Shown one piece after another: positions 18,444 to 27,987 of a stretch of 56,007 nt of DNA (position 1 is the stretch's first letter; the number at the start of each line of letters is the position of its first letter). Made by a program: the position numbers and the translations under genes. Below the pieces are notes generated by a model. It saw only the letters and a list, made by a program, of their open reading frames with translations. It had not been told where the DNA came from and ran no database searches. This DNA comes from Parcubacteria group bacterium GW2011_GWA2_48_9 (GTDB lineage Bacteria > Patescibacteriota > Patescibacteriia > UBA10025): positions 1 through 56,007 of the forward strand of contig LCPQ01000001.1 in the NCBI GenBank assembly GCA_001003705.1. The letters are read 5' to 3'.

Positions 18444-19982
18444 ATGAATCATCAAAAGCACATAGGCGAAGCAATAATCAAAAAAAACGTTCATACGTTT
18501 CCAGTGAAAATTGCGCAAACGATGCACGAACATGTTCGTGCTGTGACGAATGAAATGCCAAATATTCCAACCCCGTTAGACGTCAAAGGTGAGGTTGCGA
18601 CACATAATACTGTCGAGATCAGAAAACAGAAAAAGTTTTGGAAGCTAGGTATCGGAGACTATAATACAGATTTTCTGGACATTAATCGAGACGGAGAACT
18701 TGTTGTCCATGAGGGGAATTATGTATACAATATTGCAGAACTGGTCAAAAAGTACGGTACGTCTCTTGAAGTTTTCCTCCCATTTGTTGCCAAAGAGCGG
18801 CTCGTTGATCTAATTAGTATTTTTAATTTTTACATTAAAATTTTCAAGTATCGTGGTAAGTTTTTTTACCACTATCCGATGAAGGTTAACCAGAACCGTG
18901 AGTTTATACTCCCACTTGTCGGCGAGGGGGCTAATCTTGAAGTTGCCTCATTTAATGAGCTGAGTCTCGTAAAAAAGATGTGGGAACAGGAAAGTTTTAA
19001 TCCAAAAATACGCGTATTATGTAATGGTCCTAAAAGTCCGGAATACCTGGGGCTTATTGAAGAGTTGCTGCAAAATAACCTCCGTATTGTTCCGATTATC
19101 GAGGATCTTGATGAGTACGGCAAGCTACAGAACTTTCGCGGAGAACTAGGTGTGAGAGTCGACCTTGGCGTTGTTGTTGATTCACGATGGGACAAAAAGA
19201 TAAATAGATATGGATTGCTGCCTCAGGAAGTCCTGCAACTTGGTCGTATGAGGAACCTTAAAATTCTTCATTACCACGCCGGTTCGCAGATTCAACATCA
19301 GACTCATTTAATGGATGCGTTAAAAAAGGCTGCGCACCTCTACGTGAAGATGCAAAAGCTCAATCCTTCACTTGATACTATAGACGTAGGTGGTGGGATG
19401 CCCGTGCCGTACGAACGAAAAAAAGTAGTTAGTCCTGAAAACCTCATCAGAAAAATGATTACTTTTTTGGCGAAATTTTCTGAATCAAAAAAAATTAACC
19501 CACCGAACATCATCTGTGAATGGGGGAGGTATGTTGTAGCGCCATCCCAAATGACCGTGTACAGAATCATTTCTATGAAAAACATTCCGAAGGGTAATGC
19601 GCGAAAATGGTATGTCATTGATGGAAGCTTCATTAACGATCTGCTCGATACGTGGTCTATCCATCAAAAATGGCATGTAGTACCAGTAAATAAGCTCCAC
19701 GCAAAGAAATATCATCGCTGCTGGTTTGCCGGACTTAGTTGTGATTCTGATGATAAATACAGCGCTCACGGCATGTATGTGCTCCTGCCCCGACTGGAAG
19801 ATCTCGAAAAGGGGGAAAGCTTATATATTACGTTCCTCGATACCGGCGCCTATCAAGACGCCTTTGCTTGCCATCATTGTATGCTGTCTTCACCTACAAA
19901 AATCGCTCTCTCGGATGGAGAGGCGAAAATATTGAGGAGACGCGAGTCACCCGAAGAAGTCGGGAAACTATTTGGATGGTAA
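18444..19982 (+). CDS. speA: PLP-dependent arginine decarboxylase (fold III Orn/DAP/Arg family)
   Basis: YPMKVNQ (PLP lysine), CNGPK, HYHAGSQI, DVGGG, EWGR, SCDSDD, TGAYQD. Adjacent to agmatinase; start uncertain. Confidence 0.85.
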   Translation: MNHQKHIGEAIIKKNVHTFPVKIAQTMHEHVRAVTNEMPNIPTPLDVKGEVATHNTVEIRKQKKFWKLGIGDYNTDFLDINRDGELVVHEGNYVYNIAELVKKYGTSLEVFLPFVAKERLVDLISIFNFYIKIFKYRGKFFYHYPMKVNQNREFILPLVGEGANLEVASFNELSLVKKMWEQESFNPKIRVLCNGPKSPEYLGLIEELLQNNLRIVPIIEDLDEYGKLQNFRGELGVRVDLGVVVDSRWDKKINRYGLLPQEVLQLGRMRNLKILHYHAGSQIQHQTHLMDALKKAAHLYVKMQKLNPSLDTIDVGGGMPVPYERKKVVSPENLIRKMITFLAKFSESKKINPPNIICEWGRYVVAPSQMTVYRIISMKNIPKGNARKWYVIDGSFINDLLDTWSIHQKWHVVPVNKLHAKKYHRCWFAGLSCDSDDKYSAHGMYVLLPRLEDLEKGESLYITFLDTGAYQDAFACHHCMLSSPTKIALSDGEAKILRRRESPEEVGKLFGW

Positions 19983-19986
19983 TTAT

Positions 19987-20862
19987 ATGACGATTCATTA
20001 TCGAGTTCCCTATACGTTTTACGGCGATAATCGTTTTAGTTATCAACGGTCGCGCGTTGTGATACTTCCCGTTCCCTATGAGGGGAGCGTTTCGTACCAG
20101 CATGGTACGAGTGGGGGGCCGCACGCAATACTAACTGCGTCTCGGCAAGTAGAATGGTATGACATTGAACTTGGAAGAGAAGTCCCTGATACTGCTAAGG
20201 TTCATACGTTAGCAGAAATAGAGCCAATGACTGACTCTGTCCGCGACATGATCGAATCTATTCGTACCGTGACAGAGAAAAATATTCAGAAGAAAAAATT
20301 CCAGTTGATGCTTGGGGGCGAGCATTCTATATCGCTCGGTGCAATACAGGCGTATCAGGCAAAGTACCGGGACATGTCGATTCTTCAGATTGATGCGCAT
20401 AGTGACCTTCGTGACACATGGGAAAATTCTGCGTATAACCACGCATGTGTTATGCGGCGCGCGGCAGAGAGCGTGAAACGAGTGGTGCAGGTAGGTATCC
20501 GCAGCCAAGATAGTACCGAGGCATTATATGCTTCAGAGCATAAGGACCAGGTACGTATTTTTTATGGTGATGATGTCCCGGTGCAAAAGATCAGTGAGAG
20601 TCTGTCATCCCACGTGTATGTAACGATTGATGTTGATGGCCTAGACCCTTCTATTATGCCCGCTACGGGTACTCCGGAACCGGGAGGGCTCTCATGGAAG
20701 CAGCTTATAACCTTGCTAAGGTTCGTTGCTAAGTCACATACAATTATTGGTGCCGATATTGTTGAGCTCTCTCCATTGTCATCCAATGCAGCACCCGATT
20801 TTTTGACCGCAAAGCTCGCCCACAAATTGATAGCTTATACCCAGTTTAAGCGACTGCTGTAA
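19987..20862 (+). CDS. speB: agmatinase
   Basis: Ureohydrolase motifs GGEHSIS, DAHSDLR, IDVDGLDP, TGTPEPGG. Confidence 0.92.
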   Translation: MTIHYRVPYTFYGDNRFSYQRSRVVILPVPYEGSVSYQHGTSGGPHAILTASRQVEWYDIELGREVPDTAKVHTLAEIEPMTDSVRDMIESIRTVTEKNIQKKKFQLMLGGEHSISLGAIQAYQAKYRDMSILQIDAHSDLRDTWENSAYNHACVMRRAAESVKRVVQVGIRSQDSTEALYASEHKDQVRIFYGDDVPVQKISESLSSHVYVTIDVDGLDPSIMPATGTPEPGGLSWKQLITLLRFVAKSHTIIGADIVELSPLSSNAAPDFLTAKLAHKLIAYTQFKRLL

Positions 20863-20893
20863 TACTTAGCAGTTTCACATCAAACGAACACCC

Positions 20894-20922
20894 TTCACGT
20901 TTTCGGAATAGTTTGGTATGGT
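20894..20922 (+). promoter_or_regulatory. probable extended -10 promoter of secA
   Basis: TTCACG, 17 bp, TATGGT with TGn. Confidence 0.45.
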
Positions 20923-20933
20923 AGGAGCGCTGT

Positions 20934-23627
20934 ATGTCACTTTATACACTCATTTTCGGTGATCCGAATAAGAAAATACTTTCCGACTATCTACGGAAAG
21001 TACAGGTTGTTAATGGCCACGAAGACGGGTTAAAATCACTTTCAGACCAGCAACTTCTTGGCCGATTTATTAAGATTCGTTCATTCTATACACCGAATAC
21101 AAGCCTTGACGACCTTCTCCCGGAGACGTTCGCCATAGTGAGGGAGGCTTCCAAGCGCGTTCTCGGGATGCGGCACTTCGACATGCAACTTGTCGGAGGT
21201 ATGGTCCTACACGAAGGGAAGATTGCTGAAATGAAGACTGGCGAAGGAAAAACACTTGTTGCTACGTTGCCGGTGGTGTTGAACGCAGTTGCAGGAAAGG
21301 GTGTTCATATAGTGACTGTCAATGATTACTTGGCAAAGCGCGATGCAGTATGGATGGGACCAATATATAGCTTTTTAGGATTAACAGTCGGGTGCATTCA
21401 GCATGACCAGGCTTTTCTTTTTGATCCAGCAATCGGTGACAAAGGGGAAAACGCATTTTTACGCCCCATCAGTCGGAAAGAAGCTTACGCGGCTGATGTT
21501 ACCTATGGTACAAACAATGAGTTTGGTTTTGACTATCTCCGCGATAATATGGTGCCTGCCCTTGAACATGAAGTCCAGCGTGCTAGAAATTATGCTATTG
21601 TCGATGAAGTAGACAGTATCTTAATCGATGAAGCGCGTACTCCACTTATCATTTCAGCACCAGCGCAAGAATCATCAGAACTGTACTACACCTTTTCACG
21701 AATTGTGAGTCGTTTGCAGGAAGGTGCCGATTATAATATTGATGAAAAAATGCGCGCATCAACACTTACGGAAGAGGGGATAACGAAAGTAGAGCGATCT
21801 CTAGGTATCAGTAACATCTACGACCCCGAAGGCATTGAAATGGTTCACCATGTAGAGCAGGCTCTGAAAGCCCAAGCACTTTTCAAAAAGGATCGTGATT
21901 ATGTGGTGAAAGATGGTCAGGTGATTATCGTTGATGAATTTACAGGCCGTTTAATGCATGGGCGGCGGTATTCAGAGGGCCTGCACCAAGCGATAGAAGC
22001 TAAAGAGGGACTCGATGTTAAGCAGGAGAGTAGGACGCTGGCGACAATTACATTCCAAAACTTCTTCCGTTTGTATGCGAAGCTGAGCGGCATGACGGGA
22101 ACAGCTGCCACAGAAGCAGAAGAATTTTCAAAAATATACGGACTTGAAGTCGTGACTGTTCCTACAAATAAACCAATGATACGGAGGGACGACTCTGATC
22201 GCGTCTACAAGAATGAGCGTGGGAAATTTTTGGCAATCGTACAGGAAATAAAAGCTCGACATGAAATTGGCCAGCCTGTATTGGTAGGCACAATTTCGAT
22301 TAATAAGAACGAACTACTCGCTGACTTGCTCAGTAGAGAGGGGATTGTCTGCAACGTTTTAAATGCAAAAAACCACGAACGCGAAGCACAGATTATTGCA
22401 CAGGCGGGAAAAAAAGGAGCTGTAACTGTTGCGACCAATATGGCGGGACGCGGAGTCGATATAGTTTTAGGTGGCAGCCCTCAGGATAAAACTGAAGCAG
22501 AGGAAGTAAAAAAACTCGGTGGATTACATGTACTCGGCACGGAGAGACATGAGTCGCGACGCATAGATAACCAGTTACGCGGACGTTCAGGACGTCAGGG
22601 TGATTCCGGGTCAAGTCAGTTTTACGTGTCGATGGAAGATGATCTGTTGCGAATTTTTGGTTCAGACCGCATGAAACGGCTCATGGATAGAATGGGTGTT
22701 CCAGACGATATGCCAATTGAAAATGCGATGATTTCGCGTTCTATTGAGTCAGCCCAAAAAAAAGTCGAAGGACATAACTTCGATATTCGCAAGCACTTAG
22801 TTGAATATGATGACGTAATTAATAAGCACCGAGACGTTATCTATAAGCTACGTAGAAATATAATAGTCAATGCAGCGACGGGAACTCCGGAGGCAGAGCA
22901 AGAAATGAAGTCGAAAATTCTGGGTATGGTTGAAAGCGAATTAAACCAGATCGTCTCATTTCACACATCGACAGGGGATGAGGGAACGTGGGATATGGAA
23001 GAAGTCTATGAATCAGTTGACACAATTTTTCCTGTCCCTCTCGAAGTGCGGATACAACTTGAAGATATTCGAGAAGAAGCAGGGGATGCATCTCATGATG
23101 CTGCCGCACGAACTAAACTCATTTCCTATTTAATATCTCTTGCACATAAAGCGTATGATGACCTTGAAAAGCGCGTTAACCAATTGACTGTCTTGCGCAC
23201 AATCGAGCGAGCACTCTACCTTCGTGCAATAGATGCTCTTTGGGTCGATCATCTCGATCTCATGGATCATCTTCGTCAAGGTATCGGCTTACGTGGTTAC
23301 GCACAACAGGATCCACTCATTGAGTATCAAAAAGAAGCGTATCGTCTTTTTTCTGAATTAATGAACAGTGTTCAGCGGCAAGTTGTCAACGCAATATATA
23401 AAATTGCTCAAATAAAGAAAGCTGAGGCTCGAACTCCTGTTACACAGGCGTTTGAACAAGGAACACAAATTTCGAAATCATCGGCCACGCAATTTCAAAA
23501 TTCCACAACGCTACCAGCGCAAGAATCGACAACACAACAGCAAAATTTATCCGTACCAAAAGTAGGTCGCAACGATCCCTGTCCGTGTGGCTCCGGAAAG
23601 AAGTATAAAAAGTGTCATGGTCGCTAA
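20934..23627 (+). CDS. secA: preprotein translocase ATPase SecA
   Basis: [48 protein letters not shown], and C-terminal [14 protein letters not shown]. Confidence 0.99.
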   Translation: MSLYTLIFGDPNKKILSDYLRKVQVVNGHEDGLKSLSDQQLLGRFIKIRSFYTPNTSLDDLLPETFAIVREASKRVLGMRHFDMQLVGGMVLHEGKIAEMKTGEGKTLVATLPVVLNAVAGKGVHIVTVNDYLAKRDAVWMGPIYSFLGLTVGCIQHDQAFLFDPAIGDKGENAFLRPISRKEAYAADVTYGTNNEFGFDYLRDNMVPALEHEVQRARNYAIVDEVDSILIDEARTPLIISAPAQESSELYYTFSRIVSRLQEGADYNIDEKMRASTLTEEGITKVERSLGISNIYDPEGIEMVHHVEQALKAQALFKKDRDYVVKDGQVIIVDEFTGRLMHGRRYSEGLHQAIEAKEGLDVKQESRTLATITFQNFFRLYAKLSGMTGTAATEAEEFSKIYGLEVVTVPTNKPMIRRDDSDRVYKNERGKFLAIVQEIKARHEIGQPVLVGTISINKNELLADLLSREGIVCNVLNAKNHEREAQIIAQAGKKGAVTVATNMAGRGVDIVLGGSPQDKTEAEEVKKLGGLHVLGTERHESRRIDNQLRGRSGRQGDSGSSQFYVSMEDDLLRIFGSDRMKRLMDRMGVPDDMPIENAMISRSIESAQKKVEGHNFDIRKHLVEYDDVINKHRDVIYKLRRNIIVNAATGTPEAEQEMKSKILGMVESELNQIVSFHTSTGDEGTWDMEEVYESVDTIFPVPLEVRIQLEDIREEAGDASHDAAARTKLISYLISLAHKAYDDLEKRVNQLTVLRTIERALYLRAIDALWVDHLDLMDHLRQGIGLRGYAQQDPLIEYQKEAYRLFSELMNSVQRQVVNAIYKIAQIKKAEARTPVTQAFEQGTQISKSSATQFQNSTTLPAQESTTQQQNLSVPKVGRNDPCPCGSGKKYKKCHGR

Positions 23628-23716
23628 TGACCAGGAAATATGCTAACTGAGATTTTCTGGACGAACAAACGCGCGATCTGGTTATCTAGTTTCATTTGAA
23701 ATAAGAATATTCCATT

Positions 23717-23740
23717 CTCTTCGCTTGAAGAGTGTTTTTT
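23717..23740 (+). terminator. probable intrinsic terminator after secA
   Basis: CTCTTC-GCTT-GAAGAG hairpin followed by TGTTTTTT. Confidence 0.55.
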
Positions 23741-23743
23741 GCT

Positions 23744-23772
23744 TTGACAAAGAGTAGAAAACATGATATAAT
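23744..23772 (+). promoter_or_regulatory. perfect consensus sigma70 promoter
   Basis: TTGACA (23744-23749), 17 bp, TATAAT (23767-23772), plus TGn. Confidence 0.88.
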
Positions 23773-23805
23773 ACATGTGAAAACATACAAAAACACAAAT
23801 AAAAT

Positions 23806-25209
23806 ATGAAAAAGCAAAAACTGACTTTATTAAAGTTCTGCTTCGCGGCGTTTGCTTCGGTGCTGTTTTTGGCACTCGCTACAAACGTCCATGCATCATA
23901 TGAACGGCCGCCGGAGGTGAAAGTATTTGACGGTCAGAAACAGTATGAAGCGTTCGTGGCATACGATCCGTCATTTACTGGTGGTGTGCAGGTCGCATCA
24001 GGTGACGTCAATGGAGATGGCGTAGATGAAGTCATCACCGCTCCAGGGAAAGGCGGCGCTCCTCATATAAGAATATTTACATCCAATGGGAAATTGCTTG
24101 GAAGTTTTTTTTCCTATGATCTAAATATGCGGGCCGGCGTAAATATCGCTGCTGGAGATCTTAATGGTGATGGAAAAGATGAAATTGTGACCGCACCCAG
24201 AGAAGGCGGTTCACCACACGTACGAATTTTTGATTCCCAGGGTGACTTGCAGTTTAGCCCGGGTTTTTTCGCGTACCACGAAACTTTCCGTGGCGGCGCT
24301 ACAGTTTCTGTAGGGGATTTGGATGGCAACGGCAGCAATGAAATTATCACTGGCGCTGGAACGGGCGGCGCGCCCCATGTTCGGATTTTCGACCGTACCG
24401 GGAATGTGCTCGGTTCTTTTTTTCCTTTTCATCCAGAATTTCGTGGCGGTATTAATGTCGCGGTAGCCAATCTCGATGGTGGAAATGATGACGAACTGTT
24501 AGTTTCAGTTGCAAGTAGTGATTCAGCCTGGGTAAAGGTGGTAAAGAAAAATGGCCATGAGCACGTAGTGAGCCACTTTATGGCATATGGAGAAGAATTC
24601 CATGGCGGCGTGACGGTTGCGGGCGGCGATCTGAACGGCGATGGCATAGATGAAATCATTGTTGGTGCATCAAGCAGCGGAGGTCCGCACGTGAGAACGT
24701 TTAACGGCAATGGGGAAAGCACCCCCACGTCTTTATTTGCCTATGAGCAAGATTTTCGAGGTGGAATAAATGTTGCTGCAGGGAATATTAATGGAAGTGA
24801 CCATGATGAGATAGTGATTGGCCCATCGAAGTGGTTACCGACGACACGTGAGGATTTCTCAAGATACGTCGAAGTAAGTCTCACCGATCAGCGGCTATAT
24901 GCCTATGAATACGGTCGCCTCGTAAAGACGTTTCTCGTGTCGACAGGTTTGAGGGGTATGGATACGCGCACGGGAACCTTCTATGTTTCCCAAAAAATTC
25001 CTGTTAAGTTATACTCCGGCCCCGGGTATTACTTGCCGAATACGAAGTGGAATTTGCGTTTCGATGGGTCACGACTACTCCATGGTGCGTACTGGCACAA
25101 TGATTTTGGGAGGCGTAAAAGCCACGGCTGTGTCAACATTTCGTATCCAAACGCCGAATGGCTTTATAATTGGGCACCTGTAGGTACGACAGTACTAGTC
25201 CGTAACTAG
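23806..25209 (+). CDS. secreted FG-GAP repeat protein with C-terminal L,D-transpeptidase (YkuD) domain
   Basis: Signal peptide ending in VHA; six GGVxVAxGDxNGDGxDEI repeats; YkuD motifs VSLTDQRL, VSTG, HGAYWH...SHGCVN. Confidence 0.9.
   Translation: MKKQKLTLLKFCFAAFASVLFLALATNVHASYERPPEVKVFDGQKQYEAFVAYDPSFTGGVQVASGDVNGDGVDEVITAPGKGGAPHIRIFTSNGKLLGSFFSYDLNMRAGVNIAAGDLNGDGKDEIVTAPREGGSPHVRIFDSQGDLQFSPGFFAYHETFRGGATVSVGDLDGNGSNEIITGAGTGGAPHVRIFDRTGNVLGSFFPFHPEFRGGINVAVANLDGGNDDELLVSVASSDSAWVKVVKKNGHEHVVSHFMAYGEEFHGGVTVAGGDLNGDGIDEIIVGASSSGGPHVRTFNGNGESTPTSLFAYEQDFRGGINVAAGNINGSDHDEIVIGPSKWLPTTREDFSRYVEVSLTDQRLYAYEYGRLVKTFLVSTGLRGMDTRTGTFYVSQKIPVKLYSGPGYYLPNTKWNLRFDGSRLLHGAYWHNDFGRRKSHGCVNISYPNAEWLYNWAPVGTTVLVRN
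23980..24825 (+). repeat. six degenerate ~52-codon FG-GAP/integrin-like repeats (coding)
   Basis: GDVNGDG, GDLNGDG, GDLDGNG, ANLDGG, GDLNGDG, GNINGSD; most are followed by GGxPHVRIF. Confidence 0.85.
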
Positions 25210-25234
25210 TTTTCAGCAAAACACAGCGCATGAC

Positions 25235-25263
25235 TTGATGGGAGTGTGCCCACGTGCTACACT
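25235..25263 (+). promoter_or_regulatory. probable promoter of secD-secF
   Basis: TTGATG, 17 bp, TACACT with TGn. Confidence 0.55.
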
Positions 25264-25277
25264 TTCCAAATAAACCC

Positions 25278-26957
25278 ATGCGCAGAAAATTTTGGATTAC
25301 TTTTTTAGGAATTCTCCTTCTAGCCGTAGTTGTCGGCCTGGTTGATTATCCAAGCGGCCCGAATATAGGTTCCGGTGAGGTAAAAGTTCATCTTGGACTC
25401 GATCTAAAGGGTGGTGTTCAGCTCGTGTATTCTGCTGACACCTCCGGAGTATCTGCAGGGGAGGAAGTGGACGCGGTTGAAGGTGTGCGAGACGTCGTTG
25501 AGCGCCGCGTGAACGCTTTTGGGGTTTCTGAACCTGTGGTTCAAACGAACAAAACGGCAAATGACTGGAGATTGATTGTTGAGCTTGCCGGTGTAACTGA
25601 CATTGACCAAGCTATCGCCACAATAGGGGAGACACCGTTGCTCGAATTTTACGAACAGCAAGCAACTGAGATTACCGATGAGCAGAGGCAGGCCTTTGAC
25701 GCGTATAATACGTCACAACGTAAAAAAGCCGAAGGGGTTCTCGCAGAGGCATTGGCACCTGACGCAGATTTTGGTGCGCTAGCTGACAAATATTCTGAGG
25801 ACCCGGGAAACAATGGCGCTTCTGTAGATGAGAAAAAAGGCGGGGATCTTGGTTACGCAAGACGCGGGCAATTTGTTCCAGAGTTTGAGGCAGCGCTGTT
25901 TGATCAACTGGCAGTTGGAGAAGTCACTCCGTCACTCGTTGATTCACAATTCGGTTACCACATTATTAAGAAAGAGGACCAGCGGACAGTTGATGAAAAT
26001 GGAGAATCAATCATTGAAGTGAGGGGGCGCCACATACTTTTTGCAACTCAGACAGAAGAAAACGCCGCACAGCCGCAATTCGCCCCAACCGGCTTAAGCG
26101 GACAGCAACTTGAACGCGCATCGGTGCTCTTCGAACCAAATACGAATACCCCCTATGTATCGTTACAGTTTAATAGTGAGGGATCAAAGCTTTTTGAAGA
26201 AATAACTACGCGCAATGTCAATAAACCAATCGCGATTTATCTCGATGGGGCGCCTATTTCTGCGCCGGTAGTTCAAGAGAAAATTGTTGGCGGGCAGGCG
26301 AGCATTGAGGGGTCGTTTACACTTGACGAGGCGAAGCAGCTTGCACAGAGGCTTAATGCGGGCGCGCTACCAATTCCAATAACCCTCATTTCTCAACAGG
26401 CAGTTGGCGCAACGCTTGGAAAGGAGTCTGTTCATCGCAGTTTTTTTGCCGGCTTGCTAGGAATTGCAATAGTTTCACTTTTCATGATTGTGTACTATCG
26501 CTACCCGGGGTTACTGTCAGTTTTTGCGTTGTGCCTCTACGCGCTTATCACACTCGCGTTATTTAAACTCATTCCAGTTACGCTTACACTGGCTGGAGTC
26601 GCAGGTTTTATCTTGTCGATCGGCATGGCCGTTGATGCGAATGTACTTATTTTTGAGCGTATTCGTGAAGAATTGCATGTAGGTAAAAACCTCCAGCAAG
26701 CCATCGAAGAGGGGTTTAAGCGCGCATGGCCCTCAATTCGGGATTCGAATGTTTCAAGTCTTATCACCGTAGCTATTTTAGCCTGGTTTGGCTCAAGTAT
26801 TATACAGGGTTTCGCGATTACTTTAGGAATCGGCATACTGGTAAGTATGTTTTCTGCGATCACGGTCACGCGGACATTTCTTCGCATATCATCTGGTGCA
26901 TGGCTTGAGAAAAGGTTGGGGCTTGTAGCACGAATGAGAGACCCCATATCACACTAA
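25278..26957 (+). CDS. secD: protein translocase subunit SecD with an inserted parvulin-type PPIase domain
   Basis: LGLDLKGG, RRVNAFGVSEP, AIYLDG, LNAGALP, IGMAVDANVLIFERIREE. The insert contains GGDLG...FVPEFE...FGYHII. Confidence 0.96.
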   Translation: MRRKFWITFLGILLLAVVVGLVDYPSGPNIGSGEVKVHLGLDLKGGVQLVYSADTSGVSAGEEVDAVEGVRDVVERRVNAFGVSEPVVQTNKTANDWRLIVELAGVTDIDQAIATIGETPLLEFYEQQATEITDEQRQAFDAYNTSQRKKAEGVLAEALAPDADFGALADKYSEDPGNNGASVDEKKGGDLGYARRGQFVPEFEAALFDQLAVGEVTPSLVDSQFGYHIIKKEDQRTVDENGESIIEVRGRHILFATQTEENAAQPQFAPTGLSGQQLERASVLFEPNTNTPYVSLQFNSEGSKLFEEITTRNVNKPIAIYLDGAPISAPVVQEKIVGGQASIEGSFTLDEAKQLAQRLNAGALPIPITLISQQAVGATLGKESVHRSFFAGLLGIAIVSLFMIVYYRYPGLLSVFALCLYALITLALFKLIPVTLTLAGVAGFILSIGMAVDANVLIFERIREELHVGKNLQQAIEEGFKRAWPSIRDSNVSSLITVAILAWFGSSIIQGFAITLGIGILVSMFSAITVTRTFLRISSGAWLEKRLGLVARMRDPISH

Positions 26958-26962
26958 GGTAT

Positions 26963-27865
26963 ATGTATCGCATTATCCAAAAAAGAAAAGTTTGGTACGC
27001 CATTTCACTCATCCTACTCATCCCGGGAACCATTGCTCTCGTTGCTGGTGGGCTCAAGTTCGGCATCGACTTTACCGGAGGGAGTCTTACGCGGTATACC
27101 TTTGCTGACAAGCGGCCTTCTGTGACGGATGTCGTTGACACGCTAAGGGATAATACTCCCACGGAGTACCAGGCACAGCTCCTCGGTGATAAGGATGTCT
27201 TGCTTCGTACGTCCCCAATGTCAAAAGAGCAACGAACCACCATTCAGAAAAAATTCACTGAACAATTTGGCCAAGTGGAGGAAGCAAGTTACGAAGAAAT
27301 TGGACCAACAATAGGGAAAGAGCTCCGCAGCAGGTCGATATCTTCAATTATTATTGTTCTTGGTCTTATTACAGCCTATATATCCCTAGCCTTTCGTAAA
27401 GTAGGGACTAGTCGTTTGCGTTCCTGGGTGTTCGGGACGGCAGCAATAGTTGCACTTGGCCACGATTTACTATTCGTTGTAGGAGTATTTGCTATTCTCG
27501 GATACTTTTTTTCAATTGAAATTGGGAGCCTCTTTGTAACTGCGCTTCTTACAACTCTCGGGTTTTCCGTACACGATACCATAGTTGTTTTTGACCGTAT
27601 TCGTGAAAGGCTTAGATTCAACCCAGCGAAAACATTTGAGGAGACAGTTAACGAAAGTGTCAATCAGACATTGGTCCGGTCATTAAATACCTCACTCTGC
27701 ACTTTATTGGTCCTCATATGTTTATATTTGTTTGGAGGGGAGTCAATTAAGACGTTCGTTCTTGCGCTGATCATGGGGATATCGATTGGTACGTACTCAT
27801 CAATATTTGTAGCAAGCCCATTAGTCGTTACTTGGGATTTTTTTCAAGCAAAGCGAGGTAGATAA
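26963..27865 (+). CDS. secF: protein translocase subunit SecF
   Basis: GIDFTGG, IGPTIGKEL, GFSVHDTIVVFDRIRE, RSLNTS, GTYSSIFVASP. Confidence 0.97.
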   Translation: MYRIIQKRKVWYAISLILLIPGTIALVAGGLKFGIDFTGGSLTRYTFADKRPSVTDVVDTLRDNTPTEYQAQLLGDKDVLLRTSPMSKEQRTTIQKKFTEQFGQVEEASYEEIGPTIGKELRSRSISSIIIVLGLITAYISLAFRKVGTSRLRSWVFGTAAIVALGHDLLFVVGVFAILGYFFSIEIGSLFVTALLTTLGFSVHDTIVVFDRIRERLRFNPAKTFEETVNESVNQTLVRSLNTSLCTLLVLICLYLFGGESIKTFVLALIMGISIGTYSSIFVASPLVVTWDFFQAKRGR

Positions 27866-27943
27866 TTGACCTAGGAGTGGAGGCCTACCCTGTTGAGAGC
27901 AGAGGACTCTTTGGCGTACACAGAAAAAACTGTTGTAGCTTAC

Positions 27944-27972
27944 TTGACATGTAATTGACAATATGATATACT
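27944..27972 (+). promoter_or_regulatory. near-consensus sigma70 promoter with a second TTGACA inside the spacer
   Basis: TTGACA (27944-27949), 17 bp, TATACT (27967-27972) with TGn. A second TTGACA lies at 27955-27960. Confidence 0.82.
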
Positions 27973-27987
27973 AAAAGTGGTAAAAAT

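Noticed and set aside
23624-23875. 83-aa minus-strand ORF between secA and the transpeptidase gene
   Set aside because: It spans a terminator, a consensus promoter and the next gene's signal peptide; the region is better explained as regulatory DNA.
23980-24825. Periodic repeats as a possible CRISPR array or DGR
   Set aside because: The repeats are degenerate at DNA level and in-frame at protein level (FG-GAP); no cas or reverse transcriptase gene is present.
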